IMG/VR virus record: IMGVR_UViG_3300008108_000006 | Strand: one strand, 5' to 3' | Source: a virus | Lineage: Duplodnaviria > Heunggongvirae > Uroviricota > Caudoviricetes | DNA length: 64,000 bases | Shown here: piece after piece, positions 9,489 through 22,000 of the stretch | Layout of the letters: each line of letters begins with the position of its first letter | Position numbering within the stretch: position 1 is the stretch's first letter | Notes under the pieces: model-generated | Told to the model about the DNA's origin: nothing | Seen by the model: the letters and a program-made list of their open reading frames with translations, nothing else | The model's database searches: none | Made by a program: the position numbers and the translations under genes

Positions 9489-11630
9489 TTATGTTAAACA
9501 ATTTATATCGAAATCAATTATTAAATTGATAACTAAATCTTTATTAAAATAAGTATCAACACCCGAAGAACTTGTAACAACTATTTGTCCTGTATTTTGA
9601 TCAACATTAACCGAAGCAATATCAGGAAAACCATCTAACAGATTTGAAACAGTATCATACCATAGAGTATCCGAAGGAACTTGTGAAAGTGTATATCCCG
9701 TATAAAACGTAGAACTTGATGATGTTGTACCTGCACTTATTTCCGCAGTAAATACCGATGAATTAAATACACAATAAGTATTTCCCGATGTTAAAGCACT
9801 ATACGCTTCATACACCATACTTAACATATCTCTTTTTTGTCCAACCTGTACTATCATGTCGGAATCACACACACTATATGTTTGGAATGACGCTCTTAAA
9901 ACACTACAAGAAACATCAGTAGATCTTGTTAAGGTACATCCATTAGAACCCGAAACTGTTAAGGTGTATGTCCCTGCAGTTAATCCTGTGGCAACTAATC
10001 CACCCGTAGTTGTTCCCGAAACATTTGATGACCATGTATATGTAAATGGTGGTAACCCTTGCGTAATTAACGCAGTAACCGTTCCACCACTTCCGGTGTC
10101 ACCACAAGTTTGAGAATATAATGTAAAATTCAATCCCGAATCACTACCAATTGTAAATCCCGATGAAATAGTACAACCTGTACTATCAGTAACAGAAATA
10201 GTATAATTACCCGACACTAAATTACTAAAGGTTGTTGATGATAATGAGGTTCCCAATAAACTTTGTCCGTTACTTAAAACATAATTAAATGGTGCCAAAC
10301 CTCCCGATGTTTTTTCAACATAAACTTGTCCAACACCACTATTACACGTATCACCCGTTGCACTAACATTTATACCGAATGAAACATTATTACTAATTGT
10401 TGTTGTTCCCGTATAACCACAAGAACTATTATCGTTAAAAATTATTGTATATGTTCCCGATGTTAAATCTTCAAAAGTATATTGTGTGGAATTAGTAACT
10501 TGTGATAAAATAGTGATCCCACTTAATTTTAATGTATATGTGTAAGCAGGACTTCCTCCATCCACACTAACCTTTATTGACCCATCACTAGCACCACAGT
10601 TAGAGTTAGTTGGAACAATACTTACAGAACTAATTGACCCAGGTGAAACCAATGTGGTTGATAATGTGGCAACACATAATCCCGCATCTGTGATATTAAC
10701 ACTAAAGGTTCCGGGACTCAAAGCCGAAAATGATAAACTTGTCGCAGTAGTGGATGATATTGTTCCATTACTAGCCGAAAATTGATATGGTGCAGATCCT
10801 CCCGATATTGTCAATGTTGCCTGACCATTAGATTGTAAGCAAGTTGGTTGGATTATTGAACTAAACACACCACCAACAACACTTACGGTTCCTACGGTAG
10901 CGTCCTGTGTTAATGAACACCCACTACCATCCGTAACGGTTACAGAATAAGTTCCCGCTGATAATCCTGTTCTTGTGGATCCCGTAGATCCATTATCTTC
11001 CCAAAGATAAGTGAAGGGTTCCGTACCTGTCTCACCAGTTATAGAAATCGTTCCTGTTGATGTAATACATTGAGAACTATCCGTTATTACAAATCCGTAA
11101 GAAATACTCGGACTATCTTCTATGATACACGTTTCTGTGGTTGCAGTACAACCCGCACTCCAACCCGACACATAATAAATCCCTGTCCCTAAATTAGTAA
11201 ATGTGTATGTTGAATTATCCGTTGTTTTGGAATCAAAAACCGCACTCCCTTTATATAAAACAAAATCAACATCCGAGATATTTGTTGTTGCTGTAACCGT
11301 TAATATACCATTCGCTTCACCACATGTAGAAGCACTAACCGTACTAAACGATAAACAAAGTCCCGAAGATATATTAACATTAATATCTAAGAATTGATTT
11401 GTGGGACTTTGAGCATCCGTGGCTCTAACATAATATGTTCCTGCCGATAAACCCGTTCTTAATGAAGAATTTAACGGTGAAAATGGAACGGTATATTGAC
11501 TATCGTAATACCAATTAAACGTAAATGGTGGAACCCCCGAACCGGGAACCACATTTATTTTTGCCGCACCGAAATTAGTATTACTACAATCACCCGTTAC
11601 GCTTAAATAATAATTAAAATTTGCACTCAT
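9489..11630 (-). CDS. SprB-repeat-like virion protein
   Basis: About 7 repeats of C..xxG.I.V...GG..PY.Y.W...GLSAGTY.V.VTD..GC, the SprB repeat signature. Confidence 0.7.
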   Translation of the reverse strand: MSANFNYYLSVTGDCSNTNFGAAKINVVPGSGVPPFTFNWYYDSQYTVPFSPLNSSLRTGLSAGTYYVRATDAQSPTNQFLDINVNISSGLCLSFSTVSASTCGEANGILTVTATTNISDVDFVLYKGSAVFDSKTTDNSTYTFTNLGTGIYYVSGWSAGCTATTETCIIEDSPSISYGFVITDSSQCITSTGTISITGETGTEPFTYLWEDNGSTGSTRTGLSAGTYSVTVTDGSGCSLTQDATVGTVSVVGGVFSSIIQPTCLQSNGQATLTISGGSAPYQFSASNGTISSTTATSLSFSALSPGTFSVNITDAGLCVATLSTTLVSPGSISSVSIVPTNSNCGASDGSIKVSVDGGSPAYTYTLKLSGITILSQVTNSTQYTFEDLTSGTYTIIFNDNSSCGYTGTTTISNNVSFGINVSATGDTCNSGVGQVYVEKTSGGLAPFNYVLSNGQSLLGTSLSSTTFSNLVSGNYTISVTDSTGCTISSGFTIGSDSGLNFTLYSQTCGDTGSGGTVTALITQGLPPFTYTWSSNVSGTTTGGLVATGLTAGTYTLTVSGSNGCTLTRSTDVSCSVLRASFQTYSVCDSDMIVQVGQKRDMLSMVYEAYSALTSGNTYCVFNSSVFTAEISAGTTSSSSTFYTGYTLSQVPSDTLWYDTVSNLLDGFPDIASVNVDQNTGQIVVTSSSGVDTYFNKDLVINLIIDFDINCLT

Positions 11631-14569
11631 TAGTTACAGAAAATACTGAAGTCAATACCAACATTAACTTTTAAGTTTATGGTTTCATCTTCACATGTTA
11701 ATCTCCTAATTGTTAGAGTTGTACCTTCAGTAGAGAAAGTATAATAATAACCATCATCAATTAAAGTATTAAGAGTGTTTGTTAGTGCATTTTTCCAATC
11801 TGTGTTAGTTGGAGCATCACTTATACCCGTTGTTGTATAAAATTTATCATTAGCAATTGTTGTTCCATTTTCTTGGATATTAACATACCAACCAACAGAA
11901 ACCGTTGTTGTAATACAATCTGTTAAAGTTTTACCCAATGTTGCAACATAATTGTTTAATGTTTCATATAATATCGCCGAAAACGCTTCAGTTGGATATG
12001 TGTTACATGTTGATGTCTTAGTAATACAATCATACCCAAATAATGTTCCAATCGCACGACATCCCGCTTTAGTTACAGGAACCAATTGACAACCTCTTTG
12101 TCTTCTATATACAAACTTTTGTCTGTGAAAGATTGAGTTTTCAAATTTAGTACCTGTATTCCACAAGGTAGATGCCGGTATAAATTGTTCTACCATTCGT
12201 ATCCAATAAGAACCAATACCATCAACATAATCAGATAAACTTTGATATGTAAAATTATCATTAGATACTCCAACATTTTCAGATTGTAACCAATTCCAAA
12301 AAACTTGTGATAATGTAGGATATGCGTTGGTATTACCCCCCGTGATCCATTGTCTATTTCTAGTATTAATCATGGTACGCCAAAAAGATTGAGCGAACTC
12401 AAAAAATGTTTTTGTTTGTGGTTGTGGATTTACAAAAGTCCAATCCATATTACCCGGTGTCGGATATGGTGAGCTCAATCCCGATGATGGTATAGGATAA
12501 TTAAACTTGTTTGACATTTTCCAAACATCATAAACTATACCCTGTGATGGGTTCATAAATAAATCAACGTTCTTAACATTAATTGCTAATTTATCATTAG
12601 ATATATTATAATAAGCATTATACCCACCTTGATCACCAACCCTTAATCCAAGATCATCAACACTCCAACTTTTCCTATTATCAGTTACTTTTCTCAACGT
12701 AAAACCTAAATGCATATTAGGGAATGTTCTATATTGATTCAAATAATCTTGACCATATGTAAATGGCGATAATGATGTTTGAATGTTAGGGTTTGTCCCA
12801 CTAAACACCGATAAAGTATTATTAACAACTTCAGGACTTCTATGTGATGGTGTAGATTCAAACCACCCACTTCCTTTTTGGAAGAAAAATGTTGATCCCG
12901 TAGCATTAAAATATGGATAACCTTCGTTATCTATCGGATAATCATTCCTACTTTCGGTTGCAAAACTAAGTGATGTTGTAGATGTAAATGCAGAATATGT
13001 TGTACCCTTAATTGTATATGTATTACCCTCAATAAATTGAGGAAAATCTTGTTCAAAAAATCCTGTTTCAATTTCAGCATATTGTGTGTCAAATTGTGAC
13101 ATATTGATTTTTTGATCCGCCAAGTAAATATTCTCGTTAAATTCAACTAGAAAATCAGGTGCCCCTACTAACTTCATAATCCCTTCAATAGCCTTTCTTG
13201 TTCCTTTTGATTTGAAAAGATATGCCGCATTTAATATTAAATTCCTGTAGAATTGAAAATTTAATTCGGTTGGTGTTAAGTTTCTACTATACCCACTATA
13301 TTGTATAGCTCCATTAGTATTAAACACACTACTTAGAAAATCAGAACTCGAAATTGGTGAAACATTTATATTATATCCAAGTGTTTGTGCTAAGTTTTTT
13401 AATAGTGCGGAAGGTATGTCGTTACCTGGATTGTATGAAACGTTATTCATATATGCCAAAGCATCAATGAATTTTTTAACTTCATCAAAACCTCTACCAT
13501 AAATTTGTAAAACCTTCTCAACTTTTTGTTCTGAAGTATCAAACTCTTTTAATGATTCGGTAACAAAGAATCTTGAAATCAAATTTGTTTTTTGACTATC
13601 AAAACTTTCAGCAATTTCTGATATTGCAAGAACATAGTCGTCAAAAACACTAGTTCTAATATCTAAGTTCCACGATCCGTCCAACGGCCAAGTAACATTT
13701 TGTCCTTGAACATACAGAACCCCGTCATCGGATTCTCTCGGAACGTTAAATGTTGCAGTATATGGTGGATTTGATAATCTATTTAACAAGAATCTCTCAA
13801 CCTCATCAAACGCCTCCGAAAATGTCATTTCGGTATAATAGGAGCTCAATCTTATTTTCAAAGAATCCGTAGTCGTTGTGCTTGTAAATGCTTGTCCGCT
13901 AACGACAATCTGTAAGGTCCCCGCAGAAATACTTGTAGTAGGAACAATATAGGTTATGGGATATTCATATCCATTAGCATATAATGAATATTTTCTATAA
14001 TTGTTTGTAAAATCCCTTAAAGGTGATGTTGGTGTTTCTTTAGCCGCAAGATTGTTTAATGAATTTGTTGTAAAATCAATATCAAAAGGGTTTTTTATAA
14101 TACTAGCATCAATACTCATTGTCGTTTCAACGTCCTGAGAATCATACGACATATCAAATGCTGTCGTTCCTGTTGATAAATCATATCTTGTTTGATCAAT
14201 ATCCATAGATGCGGGAAAATAACCTAAAATCTTAGTTATTGAAACCGCCAACCTTTTAGTTAATGACCCATATATTGTGAAGTTAGTAACCTCGGACAAA
14301 TCAAAATTTGGATAAACTCTAAATTCTTTCGCCAACAACATTCTTGACTCTTCCGTATTTTGAACAGATAAAGTTTCAAGTGATATAGGTTCTGAAAACG
14401 TTCCAATATTAAACGTCCTACTACTTTTTTGTTTTACCGATGTTGTAAAAGTAAAATTACCCGAAGTTAAACCACCCCCATCTACCAATTGCACACCAAC
14501 CAGATTATCAAAAGTGTTATCCGCTCCTGATCCTGTTTGTGGTGGTGTTATTATTTTATTAACTGCCAT
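11630..14569 (-). CDS. Baseplate wedge-like structural protein
   Basis: IPSALLKNLAQTLG and YLFKSKGTRKAIEGIMKLVG resemble the P2 gpI / T4 gp7-type wedge motif; lies in the baseplate cluster. Confidence 0.55.
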   Translation of the reverse strand: MAVNKIITPPQTGSGADNTFDNLVGVQLVDGGGLTSGNFTFTTSVKQKSSRTFNIGTFSEPISLETLSVQNTEESRMLLAKEFRVYPNFDLSEVTNFTIYGSLTKRLAVSITKILGYFPASMDIDQTRYDLSTGTTAFDMSYDSQDVETTMSIDASIIKNPFDIDFTTNSLNNLAAKETPTSPLRDFTNNYRKYSLYANGYEYPITYIVPTTSISAGTLQIVVSGQAFTSTTTTDSLKIRLSSYYTEMTFSEAFDEVERFLLNRLSNPPYTATFNVPRESDDGVLYVQGQNVTWPLDGSWNLDIRTSVFDDYVLAISEIAESFDSQKTNLISRFFVTESLKEFDTSEQKVEKVLQIYGRGFDEVKKFIDALAYMNNVSYNPGNDIPSALLKNLAQTLGYNINVSPISSSDFLSSVFNTNGAIQYSGYSRNLTPTELNFQFYRNLILNAAYLFKSKGTRKAIEGIMKLVGAPDFLVEFNENIYLADQKINMSQFDTQYAEIETGFFEQDFPQFIEGNTYTIKGTTYSAFTSTTSLSFATESRNDYPIDNEGYPYFNATGSTFFFQKGSGWFESTPSHRSPEVVNNTLSVFSGTNPNIQTSLSPFTYGQDYLNQYRTFPNMHLGFTLRKVTDNRKSWSVDDLGLRVGDQGGYNAYYNISNDKLAINVKNVDLFMNPSQGIVYDVWKMSNKFNYPIPSSGLSSPYPTPGNMDWTFVNPQPQTKTFFEFAQSFWRTMINTRNRQWITGGNTNAYPTLSQVFWNWLQSENVGVSNDNFTYQSLSDYVDGIGSYWIRMVEQFIPASTLWNTGTKFENSIFHRQKFVYRRQRGCQLVPVTKAGCRAIGTLFGYDCITKTSTCNTYPTEAFSAILYETLNNYVATLGKTLTDCITTTVSVGWYVNIQENGTTIANDKFYTTTGISDAPTNTDWKNALTNTLNTLIDDGYYYTFSTEGTTLTIRRLTCEDETINLKVNVGIDFSIFCN

Positions 14570-15474
14570 TAGGTTGTTATATTACTAAAGTTTTTACTAA
14601 AATCTATGTTATTATTTCTATTTTCACGAACTTCATATAATAAATTATTAAAGTCATCCTTAACCTCATAAAGGTTGTATTGTCTGAAGATATTATCCGA
14701 TCTATCATAAATCGTGTAAATACCATCTTCCAAAGATTTTGTTTGATTACCATAAAGAGCAATCGCCAATGTTTTAATATCGTCTTCAACAATTTCAACG
14801 TCTAATGTCACAGGATTGAAAAATGTATTTGAAAAGATAATACTTTGACCCGGTTGTCCGATAAATGGAATCGCGTTTGGTTTGTTTGTTGGTTGTGATG
14901 ATGGTGAAAGTGTGCAAAACATCAAATTTGTTGCACCATCCACATATCTATATCTTGTTGCTGTGATTGAACTATTTCCAATATTTTGAACGATCGGCTC
15001 ACAAAAAAAGTTAGAAGTTACTATTCTAAAAAAATTAGGAATTTTACTTCCATCATTATTCAAATACTCAACTCTAAACCCAACCAAACCTTGTGATACA
15101 AATTTACTTCTATATTGAACAGGAACGTTATTAAGGTCAATGATTATCCCCTTTACGTTAGGAAGTGCCGCCAAAACCGAACAATCAGTGATTGATGTTC
15201 TAATTTGAGCGGGTCGGATATATAAAGTATAAATCCCGATTGAATTAAATTGATCTGCCGGTAATCTTAAATTATACAAACCACCTAATATCTCATTACT
15301 ACTACCCCCAATAGCGCTATTACTAAAATAAGGTCTTAAGATACTAGCCGCATCTAACTTAGTTATTGTAAAATTATCTGTAGTGTCCCTACTCGGTGTA
15401 TAATTCATAATAATTTCTACATCCTCGGGGCTCACATCAGCGGATCTTAAAGTTCCATAAACTCCTGTTGCCAT
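14569..15474 (-). CDS. Hypothetical virion structural protein
   Basis: 301 aa ORF coupled to the downstream gene; TATTTAT motif upstream. Confidence 0.5.
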   Translation of the reverse strand: MATGVYGTLRSADVSPEDVEIIMNYTPSRDTTDNFTITKLDAASILRPYFSNSAIGGSSNEILGGLYNLRLPADQFNSIGIYTLYIRPAQIRTSITDCSVLAALPNVKGIIIDLNNVPVQYRSKFVSQGLVGFRVEYLNNDGSKIPNFFRIVTSNFFCEPIVQNIGNSSITATRYRYVDGATNLMFCTLSPSSQPTNKPNAIPFIGQPGQSIIFSNTFFNPVTLDVEIVEDDIKTLAIALYGNQTKSLEDGIYTIYDRSDNIFRQYNLYEVKDDFNNLLYEVRENRNNNIDFSKNFSNITT

Positions 15475-15503
15475 TATATTGTTTTTACTATTTTATAAAT
15501 ACA

Positions 15504-16586
15504 TTATTGGTCGGTTTTTACATTAAAAAAACCATATCCATATTTCTCTAAATCACCAACGTTATCCACCTCGGCAATTCTTAATATTGTTTGGAATGGG
15601 CTGGACTTACCCCTATCCACAATTATTGAACTACTAACCACGGGTTCCCCCCATGTTTTTAGTAAAAGTTCGTCTTTAACAATAGGTCTTGCTTGTAACC
15701 AATCCGATGTTAATCCCGAAGAAACCGCAACATAAATTGTCGTACCATCAAGATAATCAATATAATTAGTTCCTTGTATAGTGTATGCTGTATAGCCAGG
15801 TGTTATCTCAGTTATTGACCCATATTCCGAACCATTCTTAATCACAGGAACATTTTCTAAATAAGGTTGTGGTCCATACAACTTCAAAGAACGTAATTCC
15901 GATTTTGAAAAACCCGAAACAACATTAGGAATACCATTTGTTAATACCGTAGCTTGTGCCTCAACACTATTTTCAGAATCCCCCGAGAATACAAACGCAT
16001 AAGATACGGGTGTTGCAGACCAAGACCCAACATTAGACGTGAAATAAGCAATACCCGTAGGATCCGGATCATACGCTAACGTATATGGAACTTGGATTTG
16101 TTTTTCCACGCTAATACTACCCCATTGATTGTTTTGTGTTAATGTGATTGTATAAAACGCAGGTGTTTGTGGATAATCGTGTGATATAGGTTCGGGATAA
16201 AATGTAGATATTGTCTGTGAGCTACCGTCACCCCAATCAACACTGTATGATGAATTTTCAATAAACGATCTTAATCCCGATTGTGATGTATTGTAAAAGA
16301 AATAGGTGTATGGGTTTCCGGTCGTTGCTGAAAATAAAAAGTTAGTAACCGTATCACGTTGTAATAAGTTACCATCAAAAACCGAATAAAAACCACAATC
16401 AACCGCAGTTTGAGTTAATAATACAGGAATTGTCATTCCCGTGAATAATGAAGTCCCACTAGTTCCACCCGACATCATCGCAGTTACCGATGAATAATAC
16501 CCCACACTTGTTCCACTATAATTCACGTAATGAACTAATGTATCCAAAACTTGAGGACCAATCTGTATTTTATAATAATTTTCCAT
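15504..16586 (-). CDS. Structural protein with PKD-like domain
   Basis: YSVDWGDGSSQTI...SHDY...YTITLT is the PKD-domain signature. Confidence 0.55.
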   Translation of the reverse strand: MENYYKIQIGPQVLDTLVHYVNYSGTSVGYYSSVTAMMSGGTSGTSLFTGMTIPVLLTQTAVDCGFYSVFDGNLLQRDTVTNFLFSATTGNPYTYFFYNTSQSGLRSFIENSSYSVDWGDGSSQTISTFYPEPISHDYPQTPAFYTITLTQNNQWGSISVEKQIQVPYTLAYDPDPTGIAYFTSNVGSWSATPVSYAFVFSGDSENSVEAQATVLTNGIPNVVSGFSKSELRSLKLYGPQPYLENVPVIKNGSEYGSITEITPGYTAYTIQGTNYIDYLDGTTIYVAVSSGLTSDWLQARPIVKDELLLKTWGEPVVSSSIIVDRGKSSPFQTILRIAEVDNVGDLEKYGYGFFNVKTDQ

Positions 16587-17404
16587 TATGGATTAATATA
16601 TTCATACCATTTTATCGGTGAAGAACTACTACCCACCTCATTTTCAACAGGATAACCATACGCCTTATACGTTTGGTCATCATAATTTAATACGTATTTA
16701 TAATAAAAATAGTTTGTACTATCGAAATTAAACTTCACAGGTCCCGGAATATTACTCTGTGGTGTATTCATAAACCTAATAAACTGTCCAATATCCGCAT
16801 TATAAAACTTAGCACTAACATAAAACGTATCAACATTTACATATAATCTCTTCTTTAACCAATAAAGGAAAAACCCCTCTTTATCACCAATATAATCTAA
16901 AGAAAAATAAGGTTTTCTTATATCCAATGTTTTTGAATTAAATAATATTGCGGATTGTGTCTCACCTTGTTGTGTTGGTATTATTACAGAAAAATATAAT
17001 TTTTGATCAGTTGTTGATGGACTATCATAAAAATCTAACTTGAAGAAACTTTTATCAAACGCTGGTGAAACATTATAAATGTTATATGCAGTAAAATAAG
17101 TTTGATAAGTATTAACCCATAAATTAGAATCCGAAGAAGTGGTTGCTGTAACACTTGTTCCTCCACTAAAGAAATTAAATTCATAATCAATACTTGTTGT
17201 CCCATTTGGATTTTCACCATGACAAAAACGATTAACCTCGAAATCATCATCCGATCTTAATAATTGAGATAATACACTATCTTCAAATTCCTGATAAGCC
17301 TCATTAATACCATAATAATCAAAATCATTAGATATCGGTAATATTATTTCCCTATCAGTAGGAACCACATTTCTATTAAAAGTAAAATTATTCACAATCA
17401 TCAT
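16586..17404 (-). CDS. Hypothetical structural protein
   Basis: 272 aa aromatic-rich ORF overlapping both neighbours; start codon uncertain. Confidence 0.5.
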   Translation of the reverse strand: MMIVNNFTFNRNVVPTDREIILPISNDFDYYGINEAYQEFEDSVLSQLLRSDDDFEVNRFCHGENPNGTTSIDYEFNFFSGGTSVTATTSSDSNLWVNTYQTYFTAYNIYNVSPAFDKSFFKLDFYDSPSTTDQKLYFSVIIPTQQGETQSAILFNSKTLDIRKPYFSLDYIGDKEGFFLYWLKKRLYVNVDTFYVSAKFYNADIGQFIRFMNTPQSNIPGPVKFNFDSTNYFYYKYVLNYDDQTYKAYGYPVENEVGSSSSPIKWYEYINP

Positions 17405-19091
17405 TTAAGGGTTGGGTTATTAGGTCGGAAACTACCATTTCAAAGTTTCCACCTTCGGGTATTAATCTAAATATTCCTACATTTGTGGGATAATGAGATT
17501 GATTTAAGAACGGAAAATCAACACCATTATTTTCATTATCTATGAACCCATAATCATATATTTCTCTAAAACTTAAATTACCATTAGTGTTGGAATAATA
17601 AGCGTAGTTAGGAACCCCAAAAGTTCCCGTAGAGTCACTAGATTCAATGTAAGATGATAATTCCCTTATCTTCAATGGTTGATGTACCGAATAATAATAA
17701 CCACTAGGATTTGTTGTTTGGGTTGAACTCACATCAAATAAATCAGGATTAAAATTTAATTTGTGAAAATAGTTTGATCTAACTATTTCAACCAATTCGG
17801 TGTTATTATATTCACAAATGTCACCATGAATTATATCACCTTCAGATAACTCCGATAGATAATAAAAATCATAATTGGTACCACCCGTAGTAACTCTATA
17901 TGAATTCAATGAAATATCTTCAACATTACTATTGTTGGTATCATCCCACCATCTTGACGTATTACCCGAAAAAATACTGTAACCCCATCCTTTCTTTAAT
18001 CCAAAATTACCAAATCTTGGTTTATTGAACCAACCCATATAACCTTTAAACGTTGTTGATAAGTATAATTCTGTAATCGGTATTTGATGATTATCCACTA
18101 GCCCTAAAGTATCAACATCGCTTTTCGGTGTAACCACATAAGAGTTTGTGAATTGTCGTGTAGATATTCTTCCAACCCCATTTGGTGTTAATGCGGAAAA
18201 TTCATATTTCTGTTTTTTATTAAACGGGTTCTCCTCAAATCCTGCCTTTGTTATTTGCATTTGAGAAGGTGTTTTTAATATTTTGTGTAATCTAATGTAA
18301 TAATTAGATGTGGAATCTTGTGGGTTTTCAGAATTTATAACACGTTTGAAAGTTCCTTTAGCACCATTTGAGAATGTAAATCCTGTATAACCAACATCAA
18401 TAATGTTGAAAACATATTTATCACTACCATATTGTTCATTACCCAATAGATCCACTTGAAAAGTGCTAACGTCATCATAAGTAAGAGATAATTTAACCGA
18501 CTCCCCAACACTTAATCCGTGTGGCATTGGACAATTAAACGAAATATATTGTAATCCATTGTAAATATTTGTTGTTATTTTGAATGGTAATCCATCCGAA
18601 ATATTCCAAGTAACCAAGTCATCATCACCAAAATAATGTGTTAAATTATAATTAGTTAAAGATGAAAAAACATAGGAAATATAAAAATTCCAATTATATG
18701 ATGTCGCACTTACCGGTTTATATGTTACGTGTTGATTGTCTGTATCATATCTTATAACATCAAACTCTGAATGACTAGGATATCCACTCCATTGACCATT
18801 CAATAAGGATTGTGTTTGATTAACATAACCCAAACTATCCCTAAACGGGTTATACTTAGCATAACCAACCAAGTTGTTGTCGTATATAAACGAGAACTTA
18901 TAAGTCGGTCTAAATATTGTGCAAGTTTGACGTTCATTATTATAAAGTTCTTGTAAATTAACATAAGTATTCCTGTCGGATTCATTAATCTCCCTCTGAG
19001 AACTTTCTAAATTTATCGGAACTAAGATATCTGTCTCGGGTGCCGATGCAAAGTTAGAACTTGGTTGTAATATGGTATAATTATTAATCAT
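17388..19091 (-). CDS. Hypothetical structural protein
   Basis: 567 aa ORF in the baseplate operon, overlapping its neighbours. Confidence 0.5.
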   Translation of the reverse strand: MINNYTILQPSSNFASAPETDILVPINLESSQREINESDRNTYVNLQELYNNERQTCTIFRPTYKFSFIYDNNLVGYAKYNPFRDSLGYVNQTQSLLNGQWSGYPSHSEFDVIRYDTDNQHVTYKPVSATSYNWNFYISYVFSSLTNYNLTHYFGDDDLVTWNISDGLPFKITTNIYNGLQYISFNCPMPHGLSVGESVKLSLTYDDVSTFQVDLLGNEQYGSDKYVFNIIDVGYTGFTFSNGAKGTFKRVINSENPQDSTSNYYIRLHKILKTPSQMQITKAGFEENPFNKKQKYEFSALTPNGVGRISTRQFTNSYVVTPKSDVDTLGLVDNHQIPITELYLSTTFKGYMGWFNKPRFGNFGLKKGWGYSIFSGNTSRWWDDTNNSNVEDISLNSYRVTTGGTNYDFYYLSELSEGDIIHGDICEYNNTELVEIVRSNYFHKLNFNPDLFDVSSTQTTNPSGYYYSVHQPLKIRELSSYIESSDSTGTFGVPNYAYYSNTNGNLSFREIYDYGFIDNENNGVDFPFLNQSHYPTNVGIFRLIPEGGNFEMVVSDLITQPLNDDCE

Positions 19092-22000
19092 TATCTATTT
19101 CACCTGTTACGTATAATGCGAAAAATCTATCCAAAGAAGTTTTTCCCTTTTTTAACCCAAAATAAAAATACCAAGGGTTACCCTGAATTATTTTAGAATT
19201 ATTGGAACCGGGAACAACTCTTGCGAAGTAATTACCGTTATTATCCTTTTGATAAATATACCCTCTTCTATCTTCATAGTTGTTTGGACTCGGTTGAAAA
19301 TAAGGTGCGTTCGTTCTATCTAATTGTTGGTACTTTTTACTATAAAATGTCGCCGAATCTGTCACCCATGTATTATCTTCACTACCGAAAATAACACCAT
19401 CCTCTAAATCTAAAGTCCAATAGTAAAATGGAACCTCTTGTGAGTTAGTCGGTATATAATCGGCGAAGATCTGAGATGGCGTTTGTAATCTAACCAATCT
19501 TTTTGGACTTACCAAATCTCTTGTTTCCGTTTCACTATCATAAAACACGCCAAACACATTAGTATCAACATAAATCGGACTGTCACTCGAATCTTGATAA
19601 GCATCAAAATCAAACGGTTTAATACCAAACGTGCTATTAGTTTGCAACATTTGAGCATAATCACCATTTACCTTTTCCTGTCGGTTAAAGAACGCTTCAA
19701 TACTACCGGCACCTAATCCAAACGCTTTACCAAAGAACGTGCTGTTCATTAATCTTGACGATAAAAACAAAAACAATAAATCATCAATACTTGAGAATGA
19801 TGTTGTTTGTAACCTATTGGCAATATACCCTTCATATTGTGGTCCCAAATTTATTTGACTACTCCAAGAAAATTTAGGTCCTAAATCCAATATAGTTGTA
19901 GGTGACATCAAATTTTTAGTATTAGAACCTCTATTATAATCCGTCTCCCTACCTATAAATTTATTAGTATTATCATTATAAGGTGATGATCTATAATAGA
20001 AAGATCTCTTGGTTGTAGATCCACTATATTGGAATATAGTGTCGGTACAATACCTAAAATAAGGATTATTATTACCATCAAAAAATCTGTCGTTCTTGTA
20101 TGGATACATAAACAATGTTCCATTTACCCAAGAATTAAAGAAACTATGTGCAAACGCCCCTTGACACGCAGCGTTTGTTATTCTAAACCTACTTAACCAT
20201 TCGGTTGCCAATTTAATATCATTATTTCTACCAAACAATGAAACAATAGGTGCCGTAACCAATCTATAACATCCCTGAGTAACCACCAACTTGTTTCTAA
20301 CATTCGTATTACACTCACCCGAAGAAGGAAGTAATGTGAATTCACCATTCACCGATGTTAAACAATCCATAGCAGTCATACCTTCACAAGAATACGCCGC
20401 TGTAGTTGCAGTAATGATTTGAATATCATCGGGACTATCATCCTTATCTTCTGTCGGATTATATAAAATTTGATCGGCAGATGATCCCGGATTTGGAACC
20501 GCACTTCCATCCTCATTAAAGATTTGAATAAAGAAGTTTCTGTTTTGCATCAACGCATACCCATTATTACCATAAGTTTCAACATTTGATGATGTAGGTA
20601 ACCTATCCGTTCTTAAAACTAAATAAGATTGTGATGAAACGGTGGTTGTTAGAGTTCCGTATGTCGGTGCCCAATATTGTGCTGTATTATCATAAAATTG
20701 ATAACCACCACCATCAACATATTCATCCTGAATATACCCTCTATAACTATTACCATTATTAACTAATTTGTTTTTCCTAGTATTAGGTGCTGTCAAATAA
20801 AAATAAGCCAAGTTATAATTAATTTCACCCGTTGTTAAGTTTGTATTACTTAAAGAATTATCAATCAAATAACCATTAGTTATCGTATTAATATCCAATG
20901 CTGAATAATATTTAAGATTACCCGTTTGATATGGTATGAACGTTGTCGCCGAAATTGAGAATGAGGGAAAGAATACTCGTTGTCCGTTACTAACCGTACT
21001 ATTTGTCGTTATTGAATCATGGTTAGGTAATCTTAATGAAGAACCGGCATTTACCTGTCTGTTTCTAATCGGATGGTTAAGTTTATAATCACCCGTTACA
21101 ACAACAGTTCCATATGGTTTAGAAAACATTCTTGATAAATCATAGGACACTTTCATTTTTTGAGAGTTCGGATCAACACCCCTTACCAAAAATAATACTA
21201 CATAATCTTGGTAATTTTGAATTTGCATCATAGGATTCAAAATTATAGGATTGTTAGTATCTGAACCCCTAAAAACTTTGGATGAGTTATAAACATACTC
21301 CCAAAAGAATCCGTGTCTATTGTTAATATCGCTAACGTTAAATGACGTATTAAGATTAGGATTATTTAATATATCCGAAATCTTATATCCTTGTATCACT
21401 TGGAAATATTCAATGTCAGCGGCAAATCTCAAATGCCTTGTTTCATCGGTTTGAGTTACCGCATATGTTGTTGTTAATTCGGGCGCAGTGTCCGATGCAG
21501 GATTAGCATAACTTATTGTTAATTGTGTCTTATTAACAGTTCTACCACTCGTACCCGTTTGAGTTGTACCCGTATATGTTACCATAGGATTTGGGTCATT
21601 ACTTAATGTAGGATCAACGAATGATAATATAGTTCCGGGAACATAGTTATCCAACGCGCCAGGATTAACCATAACTGCAATTACATTGTCATAGTGGAAT
21701 TTACCTGTGTTCGCAGTTAAGTCGGGTCTAATCGTAACTTTAATTTGATTCAAACCCTTTACACCATCACCAAAATTAAATGCAGCAACATCATTATTAA
21801 AAAATTTAGATTTCGTATTAAATAAATTAATTCTTTCTGCCAATGTTAAATCCCTACTTCTCCAATCATTAATATTTTCCCAACCATCGGGTAATGAAAC
21901 AGGAACTTTCAAACCAGGTGATACCTCTTGGTTACCCGCAATTATGTTTGATACTTTGTTTTTCTGACTATCATCGGCAAGTCCCAAATTATTAACATCG

